Shown here in pieces: positions 1 through 7,142 of a DNA stretch of 26,747 nt (its first letter is position 1; each line of letters opens with the position of its first letter). Under the pieces are notes generated by a model. It saw nothing but the letters and a program-made list of their open reading frames with translations. It ran no database searches and was not told the DNA's origin. Made by a program: the position numbers and the translations under genes. This DNA comes from a virus (lineage: Duplodnaviria > Caudoviricetes): positions 1 to 26,747 of the IMG/VR virus record IMGVR_UViG_3300020042_004019; one strand, 5' to 3'.

Positions 1-88
1 TGTACTTTGTCGGGCTTGGACAAGAGAATGAATCGTTAGAGCCAATCTTTGACAGGTTAGATCGTGACTACTCATACACAGACAGACT
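1..88. repeat. Exact 88-bp inverted copy of 1710-1797
   Basis: 1-88 is the reverse complement of 1710-1797; identity ends abruptly at 89/1709. Confidence 0.95.
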
Positions 89-328
89 TGTCGGATCACC
101 AGGGTAGTAGTGGTCAGCAGTCATAGGGTCATCAGGCTTACGACCTAATCCACATAACCAACAGATAGTTGCGTTATCTCTTATTTGCTTAGCTTGTTTC
201 GCGTATGAACCTTTGTAGTGTGTACGAGTAGCGTTCCTAGTGGCTTCTACTATTTGCTGGCATGGGTCGCATAGGGAGGGGTTACGGTGTAAGGCTTTGC
301 ATTTCAAACAAGGTTTGTTAAATCCCAT
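68..328 (-). CDS. HNH endonuclease (Zn-binding), C-terminus replaced by the inverted segment
   Basis: CLKC..CDPC, then CWLC...TADH; the expected C-terminal H/CN part is missing because the last codons (LSVYE) come from bases 1-88. ATG 328 preferred as start. Confidence 0.7.
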   Translation of the reverse strand: MGFNKPCLKCKALHRNPSLCDPCQQIVEATRNATRTHYKGSYAKQAKQIRDNATICWLCGLGRKPDDPMTADHYYPGDPTSLSVYE

Positions 329-881
329 TTGCTCGTTGCAATACCTTCCCATTGGTGTAGGAGCGGTACTGGTCTAGGCTGCCCCGTGTGTTGGGGTCGT
401 GCATACTTGCTGCTTCCATTGCGCGTAAGGCAGACAGGTCATGGTTCTTATACCAATCAGGTTTGTATTGTTTCTCAGCTAATGAGCCAAGTGCTAAGTC
501 TGCCCCTGTTCCAATCGCCCAATAAGGCGCGGCTGTTAGCACGCTTAGGTTTTCACTAATCAGGAATGCTTTGCCATGTGTAATCAGTAAGGCTTCGGCT
601 TCCATTTCTGTATCTTTAACAGTTGCATCTATTAGAGGAATCACCTTTGTCACTAACCACTTCATCCATTGACCAGACTTAACTACATCAACGGGTGGTA
701 CAGGGTATGGCACTACATACTGCAACTTGTCGCAGATTCTTGCGCTCCCGGCTACACCAATAAGCCATGAGTCATGCTGGACAATCTTTGTCATGTCCGG
801 GTGTATTAGGTCTGATGTGATGCCTTGATCTGCTGTGATTGTTGCGTAGTTGTTCCCTGTTGTGGTTACTATCGTGGTCAC
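318..881 (-). CDS. Ntn-hydrolase, HslV/proteasome beta-like peptidase
   Basis: N-terminal MTTIV (Thr nucleophile after Met removal), AD..IT, TKI, GVAGS, AIGTG, DPNT.G pattern. Confidence 0.75.
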   Translation of the reverse strand: MTTIVTTTGNNYATITADQGITSDLIHPDMTKIVQHDSWLIGVAGSARICDKLQYVVPYPVPPVDVVKSGQWMKWLVTKVIPLIDATVKDTEMEAEALLITHGKAFLISENLSVLTAAPYWAIGTGADLALGSLAEKQYKPDWYKNHDLSALRAMEAASMHDPNTRGSLDQYRSYTNGKVLQRANGI

Positions 882-1192
882 TTCAGCCTGCCATCTGTTA
901 GGTGTACGCCGTATCTAACTAAGTCTGCTGCGCTTTGTAGTCCTGCTAAGTAGTCGTTGTTTAATGAAACGTCACCCAACAAGCGATAGGCAACCATAGC
1001 TTCTAGTTCTGCTTCCAAGACTGATGCAATGGCGTTACGAGTTATACCGACACTAAGACTCAACCGTTTGACTGATGCTTCTAGTTTGTCTATGTCTGCT
1101 TCTGGTTTGTTCTTCAAGGCTGAACGCACTAGGTCATTATGAATCGTCACGCCTACCGTGTCATTCCAGTTCATGGGACTTAGTTTAGTCAT
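878..1192 (-). CDS. Hypothetical protein
   Basis: ORF; start moved to ATG 1192 (MTKLSP) to minimise overlap with the upstream HNH gene; stop overlaps the next start. Confidence 0.6.
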   Translation of the reverse strand: MTKLSPMNWNDTVGVTIHNDLVRSALKNKPEADIDKLEASVKRLSLSVGITRNAIASVLEAELEAMVAYRLLGDVSLNNDYLAGLQSAADLVRYGVHLTDGRLK

Positions 1193-1466
1193 CCCAAGAG
1201 TTCTTGAGCCATCCTTCGGACTTGCCTTGTGCAGGGTTTTGCGTGATAAATGTATGACATGGCCTGCAAAGAAGCGCAAGATTATTCCTGTCTAAGATGC
1301 TGCCACCCCTAGCGCGTGTCTTTATTTCGTGAACATCTGTTGCATAAGCTACGGCGCAACGCTGGCAGGCAGGGAAGTCTTGCAACAGTTCTTTGACCAA
1401 TGCACGCCGTTCTGTGGCATAAAGGTTTGCCATCTTCTTTGAGCGTTTGCGTATTGAATTAGTCAT
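1185..1466 (-). CDS. HNH endonuclease
   Basis: CQRC...DVHE..TRARGG....NNLALLCRPCH. Confidence 0.85.
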   Translation of the reverse strand: MTNSIRKRSKKMANLYATERRALVKELLQDFPACQRCAVAYATDVHEIKTRARGGSILDRNNLALLCRPCHTFITQNPAQGKSEGWLKNSWDD

Positions 1467-1692
1467 TGAACTTTGTATCTCTAACTATTGCAATAGATTG
1501 CCTCAACGCATCATAAGAGTCAGTAGCATCTATCGCCTCAAGTAGTTCAAGTAGTGTCTCACGATACGCAACAAGGCTTCTATTGCGGTAGCAACGTGGG
1601 CAAAGTGAGTAGGTTCGTAGTAGCTCGCTAACTATCCACCAGCCATCCGTTTCTTTGGATGACCGGTGGCAGTTACCACACTCAGTTTTCAT
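1459..1692 (-). CDS. Small Zn-finger protein
   Basis: CGNC...CPRC; overlaps both neighbours in operon fashion. Confidence 0.6.
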   Translation of the reverse strand: MKTECGNCHRSSKETDGWWIVSELLRTYSLCPRCYRNRSLVAYRETLLELLEAIDATDSYDALRQSIAIVRDTKFND

Positions 1693-1891
1693 TAGTAAAC
1701 GGCTTACTTAGTCTGTCTGTGTATGAGTAGTCACGATCTAACCTGTCAAAGATTGGCTCTAACGATTCATTCTCTTGTCCAAGCCCGACAAAGTACATCT
1801 TGTTGTGATACATCGCTAAGCGGTAACCTGCTAGAAATGTCACTATTGTCACTGTCATTACTGATAAAACTAGGGCGATAATCATAACCAC
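1682..1891 (-). CDS. Small membrane protein
   Basis: N-terminal hydrophobic helix IIALVLSVMTVTIVTFLAG. Confidence 0.6.
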   Translation of the reverse strand: MVMIIALVLSVMTVTIVTFLAGYRLAMYHNKMYFVGLGQENESLEPIFDRLDRDYSYTDRLSKPFTNEN

Positions 1892-2256
1892 GGATCACTT
1901 TCTATTGTGTTTTCTTTTGATTTATTCGCTTTGACTATGGCTGCAACTTCTTCGCCGATAATCTCTACGGCTGTACGTTCAACGCCGTTCTTGTCTTCAT
2001 ACTTTGAAACACGAACCTTACCGACAACTAAAATTGCCTGACCTTTGTGGAACTGATCTGCTGCTGCTTCAGCTGTTTCACGCCACAATACAATGTCAAA
2101 GAACGAAGCCTCGCCATCTGACCATGCGCCTTTGTCATCTTTCTTGCGTTCGTTGCACGCGATACGCAACTTGCAACGGCTGATGCCTGTTGAAGTCACT
2201 TGGAAGTCTGGGTCAAAGACCAAGTTTCCTTGTGCTGTGATTGTTGGTAGTGCCAT
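1882..2256 (-). CDS. ssb: Single-stranded DNA-binding protein
   Basis: GNLVFDP, RIACNER, FFDIVLWRETAE, KGQAILVVGK; acidic C-terminal ESDPWL. Confidence 0.93.
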   Translation of the reverse strand: MALPTITAQGNLVFDPDFQVTSTGISRCKLRIACNERKKDDKGAWSDGEASFFDIVLWRETAEAAADQFHKGQAILVVGKVRVSKYEDKNGVERTAVEIIGEEVAAIVKANKSKENTIESDPWL

Positions 2257-2258
2257 TG

Positions 2259-2546
2259 TTATCCTTCTCTCTTTGTGCTTTGTCGGGACATCCGATCAAA
2301 TTCTTGGTCAAGCCTTACGGGTGTGATGCCAAAGAAACAACGTAAGTCATCACGCTGTTTCTCTGTCGTAGCTGCCCAATAACCTTTGACTTTAACTCTC
2401 AGTGCGTAGTTCAAGCAGTCATCCATAATCACGCAGTTGTAACAGATACGTTGCAGATAAGTTTCTATCTGTGGTTTCATTGCGCCTTCAGGAAAGAACA
2501 AGTCTGGGTCAATGCTTACGCAGTTTGCTTGCTCTGTGTTAAACAT
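2259..2546 (-). CDS. whiB: WhiB-family Fe-S transcription factor
   Basis: ANC..IDPDLFFP...C..C.....C, GYWAAT..QR (variant of G[VI]WGG); ATG 2546 follows a GAGGTG RBS. Confidence 0.85.
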   Translation of the reverse strand: MFNTEQANCVSIDPDLFFPEGAMKPQIETYLQRICYNCVIMDDCLNYALRVKVKGYWAATTEKQRDDLRCFFGITPVRLDQEFDRMSRQSTKREG

Positions 2547-2946
2547 CTTGCACCTCGCTTGCAATGATGTGGCAACCTATTTTGTCTGTTGCGTATTGCT
2601 TAGATGCGCTGACAGCAATCACAAGTGCATCATCTGTGTACAGGCCACCGGTTGTAAGTCCATCGAATGTGCTGCGTATCAATTTATCTAAGTCAGGCTT
2701 CACACTAGGCCATAAACGAGTGACAGTCTTAGGTCGTGGCAGAAAGAACACAAGCGCAATCTCAACCGGGGTGGTCAATGGGTTTAATCCTTTCCAACTT
2801 AAATGACGTGCCGTTTGAATCACAACGGCTTCGCGCCACGGCTTCACCTTCTTGCTTGACTCAACCATGACCACGCGCCCACTTTTAATGAACCCACTCT
2901 TTGAACCCTGTGGCGCTGGCTCGCCTTCAACAAAGTAGCTGATCAT
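2539..2946 (-). CDS. rusA: RusA-family Holliday junction resolvase
   Basis: GEPAPQGSK, PWR, KPDLDKLIRSTFDGL, DDALV; ATG 2946 overlaps the upstream stop (ATGA). Confidence 0.9.
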   Translation of the reverse strand: MISYFVEGEPAPQGSKSGFIKSGRVVMVESSKKVKPWREAVVIQTARHLSWKGLNPLTTPVEIALVFFLPRPKTVTRLWPSVKPDLDKLIRSTFDGLTTGGLYTDDALVIAVSASKQYATDKIGCHIIASEVQDV

Positions 2947-3239
2947 GCGCCGATCCAAATTGCTAAGACTGCGCCGTGTGACTCTTTGCGCTTCGCTGTG
3001 CCATAACCAACCTTGCGAATCCAGCCGGCGCGTGCTGCTTTGTTCATAATTGCTCCTGATGCGTTGTTCTTATGCTGACCCACTTGACCACTTGGCAGTC
3101 CAGTCATGGCAAGAACATCCTCGCTCGTGAACTCAATGCCTCGCTTTGCAAGCTGCAAGATAGCCACGAGTGCTTGATCTGCCCAGTCAGGCTGCGCATC
3201 TAGAGCTAGTTGCATACCGTGCTCTTTAGTTGTCATCAT
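2943..3239 (-). CDS. Hypothetical, possible winged-helix DNA-binding protein
   Basis: FTSEDV...NASGAIMNKAARAGWIRKVG resembles small phage wHTH proteins. Confidence 0.5.
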   Translation of the reverse strand: MMTTKEHGMQLALDAQPDWADQALVAILQLAKRGIEFTSEDVLAMTGLPSGQVGQHKNNASGAIMNKAARAGWIRKVGYGTAKRKESHGAVLAIWIGA

Positions 3240-3378
3240 CTACAACCAATCTAAGCTGCGCAACTAACGCTTCTTGCTGTTCTTGAACTTGGCGTGGAAG
3301 TGTTTGAGCGAAAGCCATCACAAGCATTCCAAAGAATCCACCGAGTAGAAACAAGACTGACCCAAGTATGAAGCTCAT
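3226..3378 (-). CDS. Small membrane protein (50 aa, not in ORF track)
   Basis: Manual translation MSFILGSVLFLLGGFFGMLVMAFAQTLPRQVQEQQEALVAQLRLVVDDDN; ATGA overlap with the SSAP stop. Confidence 0.7.
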   Translation of the reverse strand: MSFILGSVLFLLGGFFGMLVMAFAQTLPRQVQEQQEALVAQLRLVVDDDN

Positions 3379-3938
3379 GCGCCTAACTCGACTTTCTGTT
3401 TGTCAAAACCAATTCTCAATAGGCGTTTTTCTTCATCGTTAAATTCGCCGTTTTGTATCAATGGCACTATCTCACTTAGTTGGATGAGTGACCCAGCGTT
3501 CATAATTCGTTCTAACATTTTATGGAAAGCTGTACTCAGTTCTTTAGTCGCTTTTGTTGCTGGCTTTGTTTCGCCCGGTGCTTCTTTAGCCCATAGATCG
3601 AGTGCCACGCCGAATCTTAAAGCTGCTACGCGTATGGCGTTTCCTATGGCTCCCTTGCAGGCATCAAACTTATCCCTGCCCTGTGGTTCACCGTAGCCAT
3701 AACGAGTAACACCGCAGACCGTGAGTTTAATCCAGAGTCCACCATTGCTGTCAAACTTAGGTAAGCCGTCTGAATCGAATGCAACTGGTTCCCAAGTCCA
3801 CATCGGGTCTACTTGAAGCAACCGATCAGTGACCCATGCATGACTGACGTAATCTAGTTGCAGTCCACCTGTTGGAAGTTTCTGTATCTGTTCCTTTGCG
3901 AACGGTGCGCGTAACGCATCTTGTTGTTCTTGTTTCAT
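3375..3938 (-). CDS. Rad52/Sak-like single-strand annealing protein
   Basis: LRAPF, LDYVSHAWVTDRL, WTWEP, LWIKLTVCGVTR.G.G, KGAIGNAIRVAALRFGVALDLW. Confidence 0.8.
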   Translation of the reverse strand: MKQEQQDALRAPFAKEQIQKLPTGGLQLDYVSHAWVTDRLLQVDPMWTWEPVAFDSDGLPKFDSNGGLWIKLTVCGVTRYGYGEPQGRDKFDACKGAIGNAIRVAALRFGVALDLWAKEAPGETKPATKATKELSTAFHKMLERIMNAGSLIQLSEIVPLIQNGEFNDEEKRLLRIGFDKQKVELGA

Positions 3939-4153
3939 GCTTTGTCCCTTTCTTGTATGTTCTTTATCTTGCGCTTGAGGTTTATCGCATCTCGCTTGCT
4001 CAGCTTTGTAGTATCAAAAGGTTTACCAAGTAAGGCTGACAAAAATTCAATTTGCTGCGCTGGGTGCGACATTCCCATAAATATCAACATCTTACGAATC
4101 TTGTTCTTGTCATCTAATGTTGCGTATTCCATTTCATAAGGCACGAATCCCAT
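3935..4153 (-). CDS. Hypothetical protein
   Basis: 72-aa ORF coupled to both neighbours. Confidence 0.6.
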   Translation of the reverse strand: MGFVPYEMEYATLDDKNKIRKMLIFMGMSHPAQQIEFLSALLGKPFDTTKLSKRDAINLKRKIKNIQERDKA

Positions 4154-4278
4154 TACTTGCCTTCCTTTTCCTTACGCTTTGATAGCCAGTTAGGGTCTTG
4201 CGCACACATACGACACATTCCCTTTCGCTGGATTTGTATTGGCGAGTGTGGTTCTGTTTTACATTTAGGGCATCTCAT
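4153..4278 (-). CDS. Mini Zn-finger protein (41 aa, not in ORF track)
   Basis: MRCPKCKTEPHSPIQIQRKGMCRMCAQDPNWLSKRKEKEGK; TAATG overlaps at both ends. Confidence 0.7.
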   Translation of the reverse strand: MRCPKCKTEPHSPIQIQRKGMCRMCAQDPNWLSKRKEKEGK

Positions 4279-4400
4279 TAGTTACCACCTAACGCAGACC
4301 AGAGACCAACAAACAAAATCCAACCGATTCCGATAACGGCGAATGCTTGAATTACCGTGCCGATCATTCTGGCGCGTGGTGTCCAGTTCCAGTCACTCAT
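4278..4400 (-). CDS. Small membrane protein (40 aa, not in ORF track)
   Basis: MSDWNWTPRARMIGTVIQAFAVIGIGWILFVGLWSALGGN; fills the gap exactly. Confidence 0.7.
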   Translation of the reverse strand: MSDWNWTPRARMIGTVIQAFAVIGIGWILFVGLWSALGGN

Positions 4401-4605
4401 CGTCATCACTTAACTTGACGTAATCGTTAAAGTCTGCAACTGTCCACTGATCACAGTTTCTGCAAAACGGTGTGCAGTCTGCGGTGCAGCAGGGGCAGAA
4501 ATCAATGGTGTCGAATAACTCACCGTTGTAATAGTATGCTTCCACTTTTACTTTGTGAGTTGGACAGATCATTTCATCTGTCGGCATAAGGTGTAAGGAT
4601 TTCAT
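4393..4605 (-). CDS. Cys-rich hypothetical protein
   Basis: CPTH...CPCC...C...CRNC. Confidence 0.6.
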   Translation of the reverse strand: MKSLHLMPTDEMICPTHKVKVEAYYYNGELFDTIDFCPCCTADCTPFCRNCDQWTVADFNDYVKLSDDDE

Positions 4606-4913
4606 TATGCACCGACCTTTACTCGTAGATAAATGTCTTGCTCAAACATTGGTGCGCCTAAGTAATCTTGAACTTCGTTGTAGCATTTACGGCAACCTGT
4701 GTAACCATCGCAACCTGTTGCAGTTGCACCACAACAAGCAGTTAAACCGATTAACTGACCAACAAACGGTGCTTCAGTTTCTCTAATAATTACATTGCCA
4801 TACTGATCTGCGCCAACTGCTAATTCTGCAGCCCACTTGGGAACTAAAACGTATTTGTTTTCTTCTAACACTAAACGCACCCTGCGACTTTGCTTTGTTA
4901 CTGTTGTATTCAT
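4605..4913 (-). CDS. Cys-rich hypothetical protein, first gene after the early promoter
   Basis: AAAGGA RBS upstream; CCGA....C....GCRKC. Confidence 0.65.
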   Translation of the reverse strand: MNTTVTKQSRRVRLVLEENKYVLVPKWAAELAVGADQYGNVIIRETEAPFVGQLIGLTACCGATATGCDGYTGCRKCYNEVQDYLGAPMFEQDIYLRVKVGA

Positions 4914-5047
4914 TTGCTTTGTCCTTTTGCTCTGAGCCTTGCGGCTTCCTTATGTGTATAACATTACGGCATAGGGCAGACTTTTTAGCTCATTTGAGGC
5001 GGAGTTTGATAACGATTTGATAACGTGTCGTTCGTACATTTGTTCTA
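4914..5047 (-). promoter_or_regulatory. Early promoter region: LexA-like box, tandem 10-mer repeat, -10 element, GCAA-loop hairpin
   Basis: TAGAACAAATGTACGA (5032-5047); CGTTATCAAA twice (5005-5014, 5016-5025); TAATGT (4961-4966); AGCC-GCAA-GGCT (4935-4946). Confidence 0.6.
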
Positions 5048-5383
5048 ATTGGTGTAGGCGTAAACCCTCAAGAATCGGCGTTTGTCTAAACGGTCTTTCG
5101 GTATCTTGCCAGACTTGACTAACTTCTGGCGTTCGATTGGATCCAATCCGCCCCACATACCCCACTTTTCATCTAGCCCAATCTCTAGGCAGAATCCCAC
5201 TACCGGGCATTCCTCGCAAAGTCTCTTGGCGACTGCGTACAGATGTGGTTCTTCATTCTCAGGAAAGCAAGTGTCAGGCTTGTGATCTCGACAAGCTGCA
5301 GAATACATCCATGAATCTGGCGCGGTGCAGATAAGGCACATTCCCGAATCTAGCCAGGCTTCATGGTCGCAATCTTTAAGCAT
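5045..5383 (-). CDS. whiB: WhiB-family transcription factor with an N-terminal CxH..CxxC extension
   Basis: W...AAC....PD..FP...AKRLCEECPV...CL.....WGMWGGL...ER. Confidence 0.9.
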   Translation of the reverse strand: MLKDCDHEAWLDSGMCLICTAPDSWMYSAACRDHKPDTCFPENEEPHLYAVAKRLCEECPVVGFCLEIGLDEKWGMWGGLDPIERQKLVKSGKIPKDRLDKRRFLRVYAYTN

Positions 5384-5410
5384 CCTGCCAGTATCTCAGT
5401 TGCCTGTGAC

Positions 5411-5578
5411 TTAGCGCAAAGAGCCACAGACCGAACAACGCAAGAATTGCTTTGTGTACATCTTTGCCTTTAGTTCTTGACTAACTGCCATCCAGCCAAT
5501 CATTCGTGTATTACCCGCACAAGATACGCAAACAATTTGCTTACTAATAATCTGCACCCAGAACAATGTCCTATTCAT
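5411..5578 (-). CDS. Small Zn-finger protein (55 aa, not in ORF track)
   Basis: MNRTLFWVQIISKQIVCVSC...LRCSVCGSLR; start overlaps the upstream stop. Confidence 0.6.
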   Translation of the reverse strand: MNRTLFWVQIISKQIVCVSCAGNTRMIGWMAVSQELKAKMYTKQFLRCSVCGSLR

Positions 5579-5912
5579 TTATTAAACCCATGACTTTAAG
5601 TTTTTGTCTGACATCATCTGGCATTCCTTGAGACTTAACACTTGACCCGATAGCTCGCACGTTGTCTATTTCGTGCTGCCGTGATCTATGAGCAGTCCAC
5701 ATGGCGTTCAAGTGCGCCGGCATAACTGAATCTGTTGCTGATTTGTAGTGCTTGCCGACTGCATCACGCGCAAACTCGAAGTCCATTGCTTCCGTTAGTG
5801 CTAGTGACCAGCCTTCAACCTTTGCCCTAAACCCTGCTTCATCAGTTGCGCCTAGTCGGGCATCTATTGAAACTGCTATTGCTAAGACCTTACCTATTTC
5901 TGCTTTGTTCAT
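5571..5912 (-). CDS. Helicase loader/inhibitor-like protein (G39P-like)
   Basis: Directly follows the initiator; VEGWSLAL..MDFEFARDAVGKHY....VMPAH pattern. Confidence 0.6.
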   Translation of the reverse strand: MNKAEIGKVLAIAVSIDARLGATDEAGFRAKVEGWSLALTEAMDFEFARDAVGKHYKSATDSVMPAHLNAMWTAHRSRQHEIDNVRAIGSSVKSQGMPDDVRQKLKVMGLINE

Positions 5913-6682
5913 TGTTCTATTTCCTTTGCTTCGTTCTCTAGGTTTTTCAACCAGTCCATTGTCTTCGTGAACTTGCTTTGTTTCGTGTTGCGCTGTGCTG
6001 CAAGTCGAAGTTGGTCATACTGCTTGCGCAACTTACCAGGGCTCATAATGTTGCCACGCCAGAAGTCATCTGCCTGACACCACTCAATCGCCTTTGTGAT
6101 CTGTTCCCAAGAACGCTCGTCAATCTTGTGTAGTCGTTCCATGTCAGTTAGCCATCTGTCAGTTACCTGTGGTCTGCGTGACCCGTTGGCCTGAATCAGG
6201 TCAGCTAGTAAATTGCAAGCCTGATGAGTCTCGCTGCTGTAGGTGCGAGGTAGTTCATTGGTTCTTAGTTCTATATGGTTATTAGTTCGTTCACCACTGG
6301 TGGGTATAGGGGTCTCCCCACTGGTGGGTATAGGTGTACCCAACGGTGAGTATAGGTATCTGCATTCATTGAGACTTGAATTGTGAACGTGGTACAAGTT
6401 AGAAGTCCAGTCACCATCTTTATTCTTGCGGTTGATCTGGCATAACGCGCCCAACTCAAGTAGTTCTTTCTTAGCCCTGTCCATCGTGTTGGTTGATGTG
6501 CCTAATTGATCTGCAAGTTTCCGGCGTGACCAGTAACTTGTGCCGCGCTTGTTATCGCCGTTCTTACGCAGCACTAAATAAAGTTTTATGGCCGTAGCTG
6601 ATACGTCAGACTCAAAGACCCAGTTAGGTATTTGCTGGAAGGGTAATGGTTCAACTCGTATCTCTACATTGTCGGCATCCAT
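5909..6682 (-). CDS. Replication initiator (N-terminal wHTH, lambda O-like organisation)
   Basis: FQQIPNWV, AIKLYLVL, SRRKLADQLGTS..TMDRAKKEL HTH, SNLY; C-terminal DDFWRGNIMSPGKLRKQYDQL; internal repeats. Confidence 0.8.
   Translation of the reverse strand: MDADNVEIRVEPLPFQQIPNWVFESDVSATAIKLYLVLRKNGDNKRGTSYWSRRKLADQLGTSTNTMDRAKKELLELGALCQINRKNKDGDWTSNLYHVHNSSLNECRYLYSPLGTPIPTSGETPIPTSGERTNNHIELRTNELPRTYSSETHQACNLLADLIQANGSRRPQVTDRWLTDMERLHKIDERSWEQITKAIEWCQADDFWRGNIMSPGKLRKQYDQLRLAAQRNTKQSKFTKTMDWLKNLENEAKEIEQ
6251..6356. repeat. Putative replication origin: three 17-bp iterons plus AT-rich TAGTTC repeats
   Basis: CCACTGGTGGGTATAGG at 6294-6310 and 6318-6334, variant CCAACGGTGAGTATAGG at 6340-6356; TAGTTC at 6251, 6266 and 6283. 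Confidence 0.75.
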
Positions 6683-6987
6683 TAAAGGTTTTCTTGGAGT
6701 TCGACCTTAGACCACTTGAGTCTTAACGCATCTATGACTGCTCGCCGTTCCATTTCTGGCAAGGCTGCTATCTCATCCAAGCTAACTTCAACCATTTCTG
6801 AACCGCATAGAAACTCCAGCACCGCGATCATTACTAATTCATTGGCATCAAACTCAGCGTTATCTATGTCATCTACAACATCCCAGACCTTCGCCCAATC
6901 TACCGGAGTGACGGCATCATGATTATTAAACAACTTGTTATCTGCCATCCAAGTTGTTTGTACTAACTGTTCGCTTGCTGTTCTCAT
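6682..6987 (-). CDS. Hypothetical protein
   Basis: Start moved to ATG 6987 (MRTASEQ), which has an AGGAG RBS and an ATGA overlap with the RHH gene. Confidence 0.65.
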   Translation of the reverse strand: MRTASEQLVQTTWMADNKLFNNHDAVTPVDWAKVWDVVDDIDNAEFDANELVMIAVLEFLCGSEMVEVSLDEIAALPEMERRAVIDALRLKWSKVELQENL

Positions 6988-7142
6988 TGCTTTGCTCCTG
7001 TCATTAGTTCTATTGCTGATCTGATCACTTGACTTACGTTTACCCCATGCTGTTGCGCCCATTGACGTACAACAAGCATCTGCTCATCGTTAAGTCTTAG
7101 CGCAACCATGTTTTCTTTATTTTGCTTCGGTTCGTCAGCCAT
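6984..7142 (-). CDS. Ribbon-helix-helix (CopG/Arc-like) DNA-binding protein (52 aa, not in ORF track)
   Basis: MADEPKQNKENMVALRLNDEQMLVVRQWAQQHGVNVSQVIRSAIELMTGAKQ: alternating beta strand, helix, G-x-x-x-S turn, helix; AAGGAG RBS. Confidence 0.75.
   Translation of the reverse strand: MADEPKQNKENMVALRLNDEQMLVVRQWAQQHGVNVSQVIRSAIELMTGAKQ

Noticed and set aside
4950-5165. 71-aa minus-strand ORF
   Set aside because: Overlaps whiB out of frame and runs through the promoter elements; no recognisable motif.
6294-6356. Direct repeats as a mini CRISPR array
   Set aside because: 17-bp units with 5-7 bp gaps inside a coding region fit iterons, not CRISPR.
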